DNA of 64,000 nucleotides from Cyanobacteriota bacterium (GTDB lineage Bacteria; Cyanobacteriota; Cyanobacteriia; Cyanobacteriales; Nostocaceae), in NCBI GenBank assembly GCA_046045965.1, contig JBJOKS010000002.1, positions 1-64,000 of the forward strand, written 5' to 3'. The translations under genes and the position numbers were made by a program. This document shows, one piece after another, positions 49,345 through 59,030 of this stretch. Within the stretch, counting starts at the first letter, position 1; each line of letters starts with the position of its first letter. The notes below the pieces were generated by a model, which saw nothing but the letters and a program-made list of their open reading frames with translations, was not told the DNA's origin and searched no databases.

Positions 49345-50679
49345 TTGCAAGTTCAAGAAATACAACAAACAAACTTACGCACATTTATTATCCTCTGGGC
49401 AACTCAGATATTGTCAGTGATTGGCTCAGAAATGACTTATTTTGCCATTACTATTTGGGCATGGAAGGTTACAGGACAAGCCACTTCTTTATCATTACTT
49501 CTGTTTTTTAACCAAATACCAAAATTAGTTACTGCGCTGTTTGTCGGTATTTTTGTTGATAAATGGAATCGCAAACGGTTAATGATTATCGGGGATACAG
49601 CAACGGGTATATCTACTATTGCTATCCTTTTACTATTTTTAACTAATCAACTAGAAATCTGGCATATCTACGTTGCCGCCGTTGTTATTGGACCTTTCCG
49701 TCATTTCCAATATTTTGCTTTTTCCACTTCTATTTCTACACTTGTACCAAAGCAGCATCTCACGCGAGCGGTGGTAATGACTGAACACATTGGGGAATTT
49801 ACTTCAAATATCATAGCACCAGGTTTAGCAGGAGCAATTTATTCTCTAATTGGTTTGCCAGGTATCCTAACAATTGATATTATCACTTTCCTCATAGCAG
49901 TTAGCGCCACTTGGTTGGTGCATATACCCCAACCTCTAGTAAGTGAAGTTAATCAAACTAAAGGTAAAATTTGGCAAGATTTAACTTTTGGTTATCGCTA
50001 TATTATTAAAAATTCTGGCTTATCAGTTCTCCTATTATTTTTAGTAATTTTTCATTTTATTGATGCCGTAACGATGGGTATACATTCACCTCTAATTTTG
50101 GCTCGCAGTGCTAATGATAGTGCTGTGTTTGCTGGTGTGCAATCTGCTATTGGTTTAGGTGGTTTAGTCGGTGCTTTATTATTAAGTATTTGGGGTGGTT
50201 TTAAACGGCGCATTCATGGTTTATTGTTAGGTACAATTTTTTACTATGGCATCATGATGGTATTTAGCTTAGTCAATTTACCTTCTATTTGGATGATTAC
50301 TGGGTTTATGGCTGCTGTATTTTGGCCGTGGATTACAAGTTCTAATCAAGTTATTTGGCTATCTAAAGTGCCACCAGATGTACAAGGAAGGGTGTTTAGC
50401 ACTCGTTATTTATTAACTTTAATAGCTTCACCTATTGGATTAGCGATCGCCGGTCCTTTAGCTGATAATTTTTTCCAACCAGCAATGATGTCTGAAGGTA
50501 TCCTCACACCAATATTTGGCAGTTTATTCGGTACAAGTTCTGGTGCTGGTTTGGCAGTTCAATATACTTTATTTTCTTTATTGGGTGCTGTTCTTGGTTT
50601 AGGCGGCTATACCTGGCGAAGATTGCGAAATGTAGAAACTATTGTGCCTGACTATGAAGACAAATATATCAAATCTTAA
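49345..50679 (+). CDS. MFS exporter (MefA/EntS-like), candidate siderophore exporter
   Basis: GIFVDKWNRKRLM MFS motif A, VPPDVQGRV; about 12 TM segments. Confidence 0.88.
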   Translation: MQVQEIQQTNLRTFIILWATQILSVIGSEMTYFAITIWAWKVTGQATSLSLLLFFNQIPKLVTALFVGIFVDKWNRKRLMIIGDTATGISTIAILLLFLTNQLEIWHIYVAAVVIGPFRHFQYFAFSTSISTLVPKQHLTRAVVMTEHIGEFTSNIIAPGLAGAIYSLIGLPGILTIDIITFLIAVSATWLVHIPQPLVSEVNQTKGKIWQDLTFGYRYIIKNSGLSVLLLFLVIFHFIDAVTMGIHSPLILARSANDSAVFAGVQSAIGLGGLVGALLLSIWGGFKRRIHGLLLGTIFYYGIMMVFSLVNLPSIWMITGFMAAVFWPWITSSNQVIWLSKVPPDVQGRVFSTRYLLTLIASPIGLAIAGPLADNFFQPAMMSEGILTPIFGSLFGTSSGAGLAVQYTLFSLLGAVLGLGGYTWRRLRNVETIVPDYEDKYIKS

Positions 50680-50784
50680 CTCTTGGTTAATTTGCCCCAA
50701 GCCAAATCCTCAAGCACATTTGCGTTTATTTTGCTTTCCTTAGTATAAATTGCGAATCTCCACTAACTACTATCAAAAATCTGA

Positions 50785-51489
50785 ATGAACGACAGACTCA
50801 GTAACAGCTTTATTACCAGTTCAGAACCATTCACAAAGACCCCCATTTTATCAGGAGAAAATCTCGGTAAAAAAATCCAAAATCAATGGTTATGGCGAAA
50901 CTTAAATTTTGAACTTTTATCAGGAGAAAGCGTTGCTGTAGTTGGTGCTTCTGGTTCTGGGAAGAGTCAGCTATTAAGAGCGATCGCTCATCTTGATTCT
51001 ATCCAATCAGGAAAATTTTTGTGGCAAGGAAAACCTATTGATTCTCAATATATACCCCGCTATCGCTCTCAAGTTATATATCTTCATCAACGTCCTGCAC
51101 TTTGGGAAGGAACTGTAGAAGATAACCTCAAACAAGTTTATCGTTTAGCAATCCATCGTCATCAAGTTTACAACCAACAATTAATTATTGACTATTTACA
51201 AATTTTACATAAACCTATTGATTTTTTACACCGTCCTGTGAGTGCAATTTCTGGAGGAGAAGCGCAAATTGTGGCTTTTTTACGTGCTTTGCAACTTTCA
51301 CCCCTAGTCTTATTACTCGATGAACCTACCGCTTCATTAGATGCAGAAACAGCCTCTTGTTTAGAAGCTTTAGTAACAGCTTGGCAAAAACAAGACCCAC
51401 AAAGAGCATATCTTTGGACAAGTCATAATCCCACTCAGTTGGAACGTATTACTAATCGTACAATTCAAATCACAGGGAACAGGGAATAG
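50785..51489 (+). CDS. fetA: ABC ATP-binding protein, FetA/YbbL-like
   Basis: GASGSGKS, ISGGE and LLLDEPT; short stand-alone NBD upstream of fetB. Confidence 0.75.
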   Translation: MNDRLSNSFITSSEPFTKTPILSGENLGKKIQNQWLWRNLNFELLSGESVAVVGASGSGKSQLLRAIAHLDSIQSGKFLWQGKPIDSQYIPRYRSQVIYLHQRPALWEGTVEDNLKQVYRLAIHRHQVYNQQLIIDYLQILHKPIDFLHRPVSAISGGEAQIVAFLRALQLSPLVLLLDEPTASLDAETASCLEALVTAWQKQDPQRAYLWTSHNPTQLERITNRTIQITGNRE

Positions 51490-51554
51490 GGAAAACAATG
51501 TACCTTAAAAAAACAAGACTTTAAACTTTATTTTTTTGTAAAAATTCCATAATC

Positions 51555-52352
51555 ATGACTAAAAGTTATATTCCTATTAGTTACGCTCAACTAGCATTAG
51601 CAGCTTTATTTATTCTCATTAATATAGCTCTTTCATGGATTTTAAATTTAGGATTGGGAAAAAATCTATTAATTGCTTCCCTGCGAATGGTGGTGCAATT
51701 ACTCATGGTGGGATATATCCTGCAATGGGTATTCACTTTACGTAACCCGGTATTAATAATATGTGTAGCTTTGGCTATGACAATTATGGCGGTGATATCG
51801 AGTGTTAATCGTACTCGTCGGCGGTTTAATAGTATTTACTGGAATAATTTTATTTCTTTATTATGTGGTTCATTTTTAGTTACAGGCTTCACTGTTAGCG
51901 GCATTATTCAAGTAAAACCTTGGTATGATCCTCAGTATTTAATTCCTTTATTGGGCATGATTTTAGGTAATGCTTTAACAGGAACTTCTCTAACTTTAGA
52001 ACGCTTTACAGAAGATTTAATTAATCGTCGTGAACAAATTGAAGCATTGTTAACTTTGGGTGCAACTCGTTGGGAAGCTGCCCATCAAACTATTAGAGAA
52101 GCTTTAAGAGTTGGGATGATTCCTACTATTAATTCGATGATGGTGATGGGGTTAGTCAGTTTACCAGGAATGATGACAGGACAAATTCTAGCTGGTGCAA
52201 GTCCAACTGATGCTATCCGCTATCAAATTGTGATTATTTTTGCTCAAGCATCGGGAACAGCTATCTCCACAATGGGGGTTGTGTTACTGGCATTTTTGGC
52301 ATTATTTAATCAAAAACATCAAATGACAGATGCTTTATCCAAACAACCTTAG
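51555..52352 (+). CDS. fetB: Iron export ABC permease FetB/YbbM (UPF0014)
   Basis: RMVVQLL, YLIPLLGMILGN and GLVSLPGMMTGQILAG motifs. Confidence 0.88.
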   Translation: MTKSYIPISYAQLALAALFILINIALSWILNLGLGKNLLIASLRMVVQLLMVGYILQWVFTLRNPVLIICVALAMTIMAVISSVNRTRRRFNSIYWNNFISLLCGSFLVTGFTVSGIIQVKPWYDPQYLIPLLGMILGNALTGTSLTLERFTEDLINRREQIEALLTLGATRWEAAHQTIREALRVGMIPTINSMMVMGLVSLPGMMTGQILAGASPTDAIRYQIVIIFAQASGTAISTMGVVLLAFLALFNQKHQMTDALSKQP

Positions 52353-52410
52353 TCATAATTTTGATGGTATATTTATACAAATGTTGCAAGTTTTAGAACT
52401 ATTTAATATT

Positions 52411-52431
52411 GGACGGGCTAGAAGCCCATCC
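52411..52431. terminator. Hairpin between the convergent fetB and acylase genes (REP-like, possible terminator)
   Basis: GGACGGGC-TAGAA-GCCCATCC stem-loop. Confidence 0.4.
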
Positions 52432-52463
52432 CACAAGATTAAATTATTCGGATTATCAACCTA

Positions 52464-54581
52464 TCAAAATACTTTTCTTCCTTCTAAATGCTGATTAATT
52501 TCCGGTTTTGTTCGCCACACAGGATGCAACTTTTTCTCTGCAAATAATGGCAATTGATCACTAATATGAGATGAACCTGGTTGAGTTGCATTGCCATAAC
52601 TATTTAATGCCATTGCTCGAACTGGTTGAGAAAATTCTACTGCTGCTACAAAAGAGTCACCACCGACAGATTGAAAACGTCCCTCTGCGGGAGCAAAATC
52701 TACAACTCTAAATGTTCCCAAATATCCATCAGACCCATTAGCAGGTAAATCTAAATTACCCACTCGCAAACGGAAAACTTCTCCCCAACTAACATCTAAA
52801 CTACCGTAGGTTGCTTTTATTTCTTTGGTAACTTTTTCTAATAATTCTACCGCCGCTTGGGGGTTTGCTAAACCATCAGGTGTAGTTAGGGGTTGGTTTT
52901 CATTCCAAGGTTGACTAAATGCTGTATCAAAATCTAATTTATCTGCCCAAGCTGCAAATAAAACCGCACCTTTACTATTAGCATTAGCTTGTCTATCCCA
53001 TTTTTTAAGAACTTCAGTCGCTTGTTTTGCTAATTCATTTCCTTGTTGTGCAGCCGGAATTAAATCATCAAGAATTCGGTCTGCAAATTCCATGCGGGTA
53101 GAATGTTTATAAGCAATCATTTCCTCAAAGGAAATACTTTCATCTTCTGCTAACATTTTGGCAGAACGTTGAGCGCGAAAATACATTGGTCCCCGTGGTG
53201 CTATGTATGATGGATAATTATCTGCTTTGATAGCAATAGGAAAAGTAGTTGTCCAAGGTGCATCATTAGCATTTTGTAACCAACCACTGGATGGATCAAT
53301 TACTTTTGGTAAGTCTTGATAAGGGTGAAATTTAGTCCATAAAGTTTTGGATGTGTCTCCAGGAATTACACCTTGCCAATATTTAAAATCTCCTTCTTTT
53401 CGCACGGGAACTAAACCGTTAAATAGGTGCATAATATGTCCTTCCTGGTCGGCATACATGATGGTAAACATGGGAAGTTGCAACCGTTGTACTACTTTTT
53501 CAAATGCGGTGAGATTTTGCGCTTTTGACATATCCCACCACTGTTCTAATATGCCTGGTCTATCTTGACCGACTACCCTAAGTGCAACTGCTTTACTGTT
53601 TTTTTCGCTAATTACAGGACCATGAATAGAGTTTTTGATTGTTAATAGTTGCTCTCGAAAAGAGCCATTTTTTTGTTTGACTTTTAAGAAAAAATTGTTG
53701 GTTTGAAAAGGAAGAACTTTGTTATCGAAAAGATAACCATCTTTTTGTAATTTCAGTTCGTAGACATCCCAACCATCATGGGTGTTAACGGTGTGAGTCC
53801 AACCTAAATTATCATTGAAGGCGATCGCTAACACAGGAATACCTACCAATGTCGCCCCATAAGCATCAATTCCTGGTGCGGTAATTTGCGCTTCATACCA
53901 TAAAAATAAATCTCCCCAAGGCAAATGAGGGTTTGCTAATAACATTGCTTTATTATTAGCAGAATGTTTTGGTGCGATCGCCCAACCATTAGAACCAGGA
54001 GCAGATTTTTTATCATTAATATTAGCAATTCTGCCAGGATCAACTATAAAGGTATATAACAAAACTCTTTGCAAATGACTCAGTACATCCTGGGGTGTCA
54101 CAGGTAAAACCACCTTTACCTGATCATCAATTAAATCAGGATTTTCCTGAGCATAATTATTAATACCCGTTGCAAAAGCATCTAAATAACTGCGAAATTC
54201 AGGACTTTGCTTTTCATACCAAGAATTAGCTCGTTTAGGTACATCCATTGTTAGTACCCATTTATCGGAATCTAAATACTTTTCTCCCCAATATTCAGAT
54301 GCTTTTCCTCTAGCTTGTCCATAAAGACGTAACAGCAAATTACCATGACTTTGCATTTGCGCCCAACCAAAGGCTTTAAAAGCATTCTCGGATTTATTAG
54401 CATAAATATGAGGAATACCGTAAGTATCCCACAGTATTTCTGTTGTTTTGGGAACTGTACTAAAACTTGGAATATTCACCACCAAAGCAAAGATGATACC
54501 AATTAAAAAAGTTAGAAATCTGCGTGATTTTTGTCGCCAGTTTAAAGAATAATTAAACTGATTTATTGCAGTAATAAACAT
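52464..54581 (-). CDS. Ntn-hydrolase acylase (penicillin/GL-7-ACA acylase family; PvdQ-like role suspected)
   Basis: ILWDTYGIPHIYA; beta-subunit nucleophile GSNGWAI; LLANPHLPW; N-terminal hydrophobic signal. Confidence 0.9.
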   Translation of the reverse strand: MFITAINQFNYSLNWRQKSRRFLTFLIGIIFALVVNIPSFSTVPKTTEILWDTYGIPHIYANKSENAFKAFGWAQMQSHGNLLLRLYGQARGKASEYWGEKYLDSDKWVLTMDVPKRANSWYEKQSPEFRSYLDAFATGINNYAQENPDLIDDQVKVVLPVTPQDVLSHLQRVLLYTFIVDPGRIANINDKKSAPGSNGWAIAPKHSANNKAMLLANPHLPWGDLFLWYEAQITAPGIDAYGATLVGIPVLAIAFNDNLGWTHTVNTHDGWDVYELKLQKDGYLFDNKVLPFQTNNFFLKVKQKNGSFREQLLTIKNSIHGPVISEKNSKAVALRVVGQDRPGILEQWWDMSKAQNLTAFEKVVQRLQLPMFTIMYADQEGHIMHLFNGLVPVRKEGDFKYWQGVIPGDTSKTLWTKFHPYQDLPKVIDPSSGWLQNANDAPWTTTFPIAIKADNYPSYIAPRGPMYFRAQRSAKMLAEDESISFEEMIAYKHSTRMEFADRILDDLIPAAQQGNELAKQATEVLKKWDRQANANSKGAVLFAAWADKLDFDTAFSQPWNENQPLTTPDGLANPQAAVELLEKVTKEIKATYGSLDVSWGEVFRLRVGNLDLPANGSDGYLGTFRVVDFAPAEGRFQSVGGDSFVAAVEFSQPVRAMALNSYGNATQPGSSHISDQLPLFAEKKLHPVWRTKPEINQHLEGRKVF

Positions 54582-54631
54582 GGTATTTTTTTGTTAAAAA
54601 ACTCTCAATATTTTGATTTTAAGAATATTCA

Positions 54632-55420
54632 CTATTTACCCTTGCGTCCTATAGGTACACACATAGGAGTACCCACAACGGGATCATCAACAACACGACA
54701 ATCTAACCCAAATACCTCTTTTACCATTTCCTCATTCATGACTTCTTGTGGTTCTCCAGCAGTAAAAATTCTGCCTTGTTTTACAGCAATTAAATAATCA
54801 GCATAACGACAAGCTTGATTTAAATCATGTAACACCATGACAATAGTTCTCTGCTGAAATTTGTTCAACTCATACAACAAATCTAAAACTTCTATTTGAT
54901 GTGCTAAATCTAAAAAAGTAGTCGGTTCATCTAACAGTAAAATATCTGTATCTTGAGCTAATGCCATAGCAATCCAAGCACGTTGTCTTTGTCCACCAGA
55001 TAAAGTATCTAATGCTCGTTCTGAAAACTTGACTAAATCTGTAATTTCTAAAGCCTGTTGCACAATTTTTTCATCTTTTTCTGACCATTGTTGTAACCAA
55101 CTTTGATAAGGATAACGACCTTGAGCGACTAAATCTTTAACTGTTAAACCTTCTGGTGCTACTGGACTTTGGGGTAAAATTCCTAATTGTTGAGCTACTT
55201 CTTTTGTGGAAAGTTTAAAAATAGATTCTCCATCCAGATATACAGCACCATTACTAGGTTTAAGTAATCTAGCCAAACCTCTTAATAAAGTTGATTTGCC
55301 ACAGCCATTAGCACCAACTAAAACACTAATTTTTCCCAGAGGAATTACTAAATTTAAATCACGAATAATGGTAGTACCATCATAAGCTAAAGTTAAACTT
55401 TTCGTTGATAATCCTTTCAT
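54632..55420 (-). CDS. fecE: Iron-siderophore ABC ATPase (FecE/FhuC)
   Basis: [26 protein letters not shown] and [11 protein letters not shown]. Confidence 0.9.
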   Translation of the reverse strand: MKGLSTKSLTLAYDGTTIIRDLNLVIPLGKISVLVGANGCGKSTLLRGLARLLKPSNGAVYLDGESIFKLSTKEVAQQLGILPQSPVAPEGLTVKDLVAQGRYPYQSWLQQWSEKDEKIVQQALEITDLVKFSERALDTLSGGQRQRAWIAMALAQDTDILLLDEPTTFLDLAHQIEVLDLLYELNKFQQRTIVMVLHDLNQACRYADYLIAVKQGRIFTAGEPQEVMNEEMVKEVFGLDCRVVDDPVVGTPMCVPIGRKGK

Positions 55421-55483
55421 GAAAATTTGGTAATTGGTAATTGGTAATTAATAATGTATTCGCTATTTTCTATGCTTTCTTCA

Positions 55484-55525
55484 CTGTCACCTGTCACCTG
55501 TCACCTGTCACCTGTCACCTGTCAC
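55484..55525 (+). repeat. (CTGTCAC)6 heptamer array; (TTGGTAA)3 nearby at 55427-55447
   Basis: Read directly in the intergenic region. Confidence 0.95.
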
Positions 55526-56599
55526 CTATTTCTTCCGATTACGAATTAATAAATACAAAAAATAAGGAGCGCCTACACCAGCAGTAACAACTCCACAGGG
55601 AATTTCAATAGGTGCAAATAAAGTTCTTCCTAATAAGTCGGCAACAGTAACAATCATTCCCCCTAATAGTGCTGATGTGGGAATTAAACCTTGATGATTT
55701 GTACCTACTAACTGTCTGCCTAAATGGGGTGAAATTAAACCGACAAAACCGATCATTCCCGCAGTAGCTACTGATGCACCAGCTAAAGCAACTCCTACTA
55801 ATAGTAATAAACTACGTTGAATTTCTACAGACGTTCCTAAACTTCTAGCAACATCATCTCCTAAATTTAAAGTGTCTAAATGTCTGGCTAAAAGTAAAGA
55901 CATGGGGATAAAAATAATTAACCAAGGTAAAAATGAAAATACCTGTTCCCAAGTTCGTCCGTAAACGCTACCAGCTAACCAAACTAAAGCATCATTAACG
56001 TTGTAAATTTCGCCGAAAGTAATCATTAAACTGGTAAAGGCGCTGGCGATCGCTGATAAACCCACACCCATTAAAATTAATAAAATTGGTGAACTACCAT
56101 TATTCCAAGCTAACCAATAAATTAAAGTCGCCATTAACAAAGCACCACCAAAAGCAGATAAAGGTAAGGTGTAAATTGGTGCTGAAGGAAATAAAACAAT
56201 CACTGTCACTGCTGCCAAACTTGCCCCAGAATTGATCCCAATAATACCAGGATCAGCTAAAGGATTGCGTGTTAAACCTTGGAAGATAGTTCCAGAAATT
56301 GCTAATGCTACTCCCACCATAAAAGCCACTACGGTACGAGGTAAACGCAGGGTGTAAATAACAAATAAATGATCAGGGTTTCCTGTATTTACTCCCAATA
56401 AAGTTTTAATAATATCCACTGGTGAAATAGGATATTCACCCCTACCCACATTCATCACTATCGCTACACCAATTATTGCTAATAAAAATAACAGCATTAT
56501 TGGTACACGGCGATCTATCCGAAAAGATATCGCTGAGGAACGTATCACCAATATATTGGATTTTGAAAGTGTTGCTGTATAGTCTTCTCTTCTTTCCAT
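55526..56599 (-). CDS. fecD: Iron-siderophore ABC permease (FecD-like)
   Basis: LRLPR, RNPLADPGIIG, LNLGDDVARSLG and GAPYF FecCD motifs. Confidence 0.88.
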   Translation of the reverse strand: MERREDYTATLSKSNILVIRSSAISFRIDRRVPIMLLFLLAIIGVAIVMNVGRGEYPISPVDIIKTLLGVNTGNPDHLFVIYTLRLPRTVVAFMVGVALAISGTIFQGLTRNPLADPGIIGINSGASLAAVTVIVLFPSAPIYTLPLSAFGGALLMATLIYWLAWNNGSSPILLILMGVGLSAIASAFTSLMITFGEIYNVNDALVWLAGSVYGRTWEQVFSFLPWLIIFIPMSLLLARHLDTLNLGDDVARSLGTSVEIQRSLLLLVGVALAGASVATAGMIGFVGLISPHLGRQLVGTNHQGLIPTSALLGGMIVTVADLLGRTLFAPIEIPCGVVTAGVGAPYFLYLLIRNRKK

Positions 56600-56608
56600 C
56601 TAGTTCAA

Positions 56609-56643
56609 TTTTGGATTTTAGATTTTGGATTTTAGATTTTGGA
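56609..56643 (+). repeat. (TTTT[G/A]GA)5 heptamer array
   Basis: Alternating TTTTGGA/TTTTAGA units. Confidence 0.9.
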
Positions 56644-56697
56644 TTCCAAAAATGTGTTTTTTTCAACAATTGTCAATTATCAATTGATAATTAACTT

Positions 56698-57705
56698 TCA
56701 TTTCTTCACCTTTGATTTAGCCAAATAAACAAAAAAGGGAGCGCCCACCAATGCTGTCATTACACCTACTGGTAATTCCTGGGGTTTAAGCAGGATACGG
56801 GCAGAAATATCTGCTATTAATAGTAAAGTTGCCCCGACGACAGCAGAATAAGGCAAAATCCAGAGATAATTGGTTTTAATGAAAAATCGAACAGTGTGAG
56901 GAACGACTAAACCAAGAAAACCAATGGGTCCTGCAAGGGCTACGGAACTTCCTGCTAGTAAAACTACGCTAATAGCAGTAAGAATTTTAATCCAGGCTGT
57001 TTTTTGACCTAAACCTTTAGCTACATCTTCGCCTAAACTCATGGTGGTAATTTGTTTACCTAAAGCCAAGGCTATTATTAATCCCAATGTGACAAAAGGT
57101 AGAGCCGAAAAAAGAATATTGGCATCTCTACCAGATAATGAACCAGCTAACCAAAATCTAATTTCTTCTAGTGTGCGTTGACTGATGATCAAAATAGCAG
57201 TTGTCAGGGAAGAAATTAAAGCTGTGAGTGCTGCACCTGCGACTGTAATATTGAGTGGGGTAGCGCCTCCTTTTCCCAGTGAACCCAGGAAGTAGACTAA
57301 AATCGCTGTTATTCCCGCACCCAAAAAAGCCGCAATAGTTAAAGTAGTAACTGAGGAAGTACCAAATACAAAAATGGTGGCAACTACGGAAAGTGCAGCA
57401 CCAGATTCAATCCCCAAAATACCGGGATCTGCTAAGGGGTTACGGGTTAAACCTTGCATTAATGCCCCTGATACTGCTAGGGAAGCACCGACTAAAATCG
57501 CAATGAGCGATCGCGGTAATCTGACTGTTTGAATAACTAAGTGTTGATATGAACCGTCAAAGCTGACAAAGGATGTCAAAATCTGATCTATTGGTATTTC
57601 TGCCGATCCTAATGTGACACTAGATACTAAACAAACTAGCAACAGCACTAAACACACAATTAAGCTAAATACAGGTTTAGCCGCCGAATTAATCAACATC
57701 CTCAA
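56698..57705 (-). CDS. fecC: Iron-siderophore ABC permease (FecC-like)
   Basis: VRLPR, RNPLADPGILG, LGEDVAKGLG and GAPFF. Confidence 0.88.
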   Translation of the reverse strand: MRMLINSAAKPVFSLIVCLVLLLVCLVSSVTLGSAEIPIDQILTSFVSFDGSYQHLVIQTVRLPRSLIAILVGASLAVSGALMQGLTRNPLADPGILGIESGAALSVVATIFVFGTSSVTTLTIAAFLGAGITAILVYFLGSLGKGGATPLNITVAGAALTALISSLTTAILIISQRTLEEIRFWLAGSLSGRDANILFSALPFVTLGLIIALALGKQITTMSLGEDVAKGLGQKTAWIKILTAISVVLLAGSSVALAGPIGFLGLVVPHTVRFFIKTNYLWILPYSAVVGATLLLIADISARILLKPQELPVGVMTALVGAPFFVYLAKSKVKK

Positions 57706-57724
57706 CTCCTGACTGCTTTGAAAA

Positions 57725-58123
57725 CTATTTCCGTGTGGCTATTCCTAACTTCACTCCTTCTACCTGTCGCACTTTATCCATCACTGCTACTACTTGTCCG
57801 TGATTAACAGCTTCATCGGCATTAAGAATCACCATTAAAGGTTTTTCTGGTTCTACTTTTTCTCTCACCTGGGCTGCTAATTGCTCTAAACTAACCGCTT
57901 CTTTATTCAAAAATATCTTGCCAGTATTATCAATAGTTAATGTTACCTGTGCCGGACGATCTGTTTTCGCCGTAGCAGCTTGAGGTAAATTAACTGGTAA
58001 ACCCTCAGAACGAGTTAAATACAACGTTGACATGATGAAAAATGTCAAAATTGCAAAGATTACATCAATCATTGGCACAATGTTAATCTGTGCTGGTATT
58101 TCCGGCTCATCTTGTAGACGCAT
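57725..58123 (-). CDS. exbD: Biopolymer transport protein ExbD
   Basis: INIVPMIDVIF and VNLPQA motifs. Confidence 0.93.
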   Translation of the reverse strand: MRLQDEPEIPAQINIVPMIDVIFAILTFFIMSTLYLTRSEGLPVNLPQAATAKTDRPAQVTLTIDNTGKIFLNKEAVSLEQLAAQVREKVEPEKPLMVILNADEAVNHGQVVAVMDKVRQVEGVKLGIATRK

Positions 58124-58760
58124 AGGTTTTTTCTCCTCTTTCGTAGCGACGACGATATAGTAGTTCTAAATGACCACCATATTCTTGAATCAAAGCAATT
58201 TGTCTTTGATAAAATCCCCGGAAAGTATTAGCAAAAACCAGTGTAAAAATTGCCACAATTAAACCTGTAGCGGTAGAAACCAACGCTTCACTAATACCGC
58301 TAGTTACACCCGCTGCTTTTGTTCCTCCAACATCACCGATATTCAGAGAAGCAAAAGAACCAATTAACCCCAATACAGTACCGAGTAACCCTAACAGGGG
58401 CGCGAGGGCAATAATGGTATCAAAAATTGTATTAAATCGTTTAAACAACGGTATTTCTGCTTGGGCTTCACTCTCCAAGGCCAAGCGAAATTCTTCTGGA
58501 TTTGGTTCTTCTAACTCTAAAGCTGTCAAAAAAATCCGTGCAATTGGTAAATCTGCATTCTTTCGCAGTGTATCAATTGTACTGACCACATTGTCTTGAC
58601 GATAGAGATTCAACACATTTCTGACTACCCGTTGCTGACGGGTACTGATTGTTACCCAAAATTTTATCCGTTCGATAATTAGCCCTACTGCCAAAACAGA
58701 AGACAGTAGTAGGGGCCACATGACCACACCACCTGCGGTAAACAGATTTTTGATATCCAT
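58107..58760 (-). CDS. exbB: MotA/TolQ/ExbB proton channel protein
   Basis: GGVVMWPL, APLLGLLGTV and GISEALVSTA. Confidence 0.93.
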   Translation of the reverse strand: MDIKNLFTAGGVVMWPLLLSSVLAVGLIIERIKFWVTISTRQQRVVRNVLNLYRQDNVVSTIDTLRKNADLPIARIFLTALELEEPNPEEFRLALESEAQAEIPLFKRFNTIFDTIIALAPLLGLLGTVLGLIGSFASLNIGDVGGTKAAGVTSGISEALVSTATGLIVAIFTLVFANTFRGFYQRQIALIQEYGGHLELLYRRRYERGEKTYASTR

Positions 58761-58814
58761 GTCCGATTTTCAAGCCTTGCGATGAAATTTCCTGACTATT
58801 TTAGCGAGTATATC

Positions 58815-58866
58815 TGATATCACTTCTCAAGTTATTAAATTAAAGCAAATGAGAATATATGTCAAT
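58815..58866. promoter_or_regulatory. Putative Fur-type boxes in the exbB/tonB divergent promoter
   Basis: TGATATC-A-CTTCTCA (58815-58829) and AATGAGAAT-A-TATGTCAAT (58848-58866). Confidence 0.5.
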
Positions 58867-59030
58867 GTTTTGCCACATCTTTAGGGAATAATACAGTCTC
58901 TGCTGGGATAAAAATCGCTGTAATTATTTGCTAGTAAGAGATTTAGGGTAAAATCCGCAAATACAAGAACTCAAAGTTATTGATTGACTTTTGCATATAA
59001 TTTCTGTTATTCTTCCAAAGTTACTGAAAA

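Noticed and set aside
56442..56694. Short ORFs containing PKSKIQNLKSKI / LDFRFWILDFGF
   Set aside because: Translation of the heptamer array, not real genes
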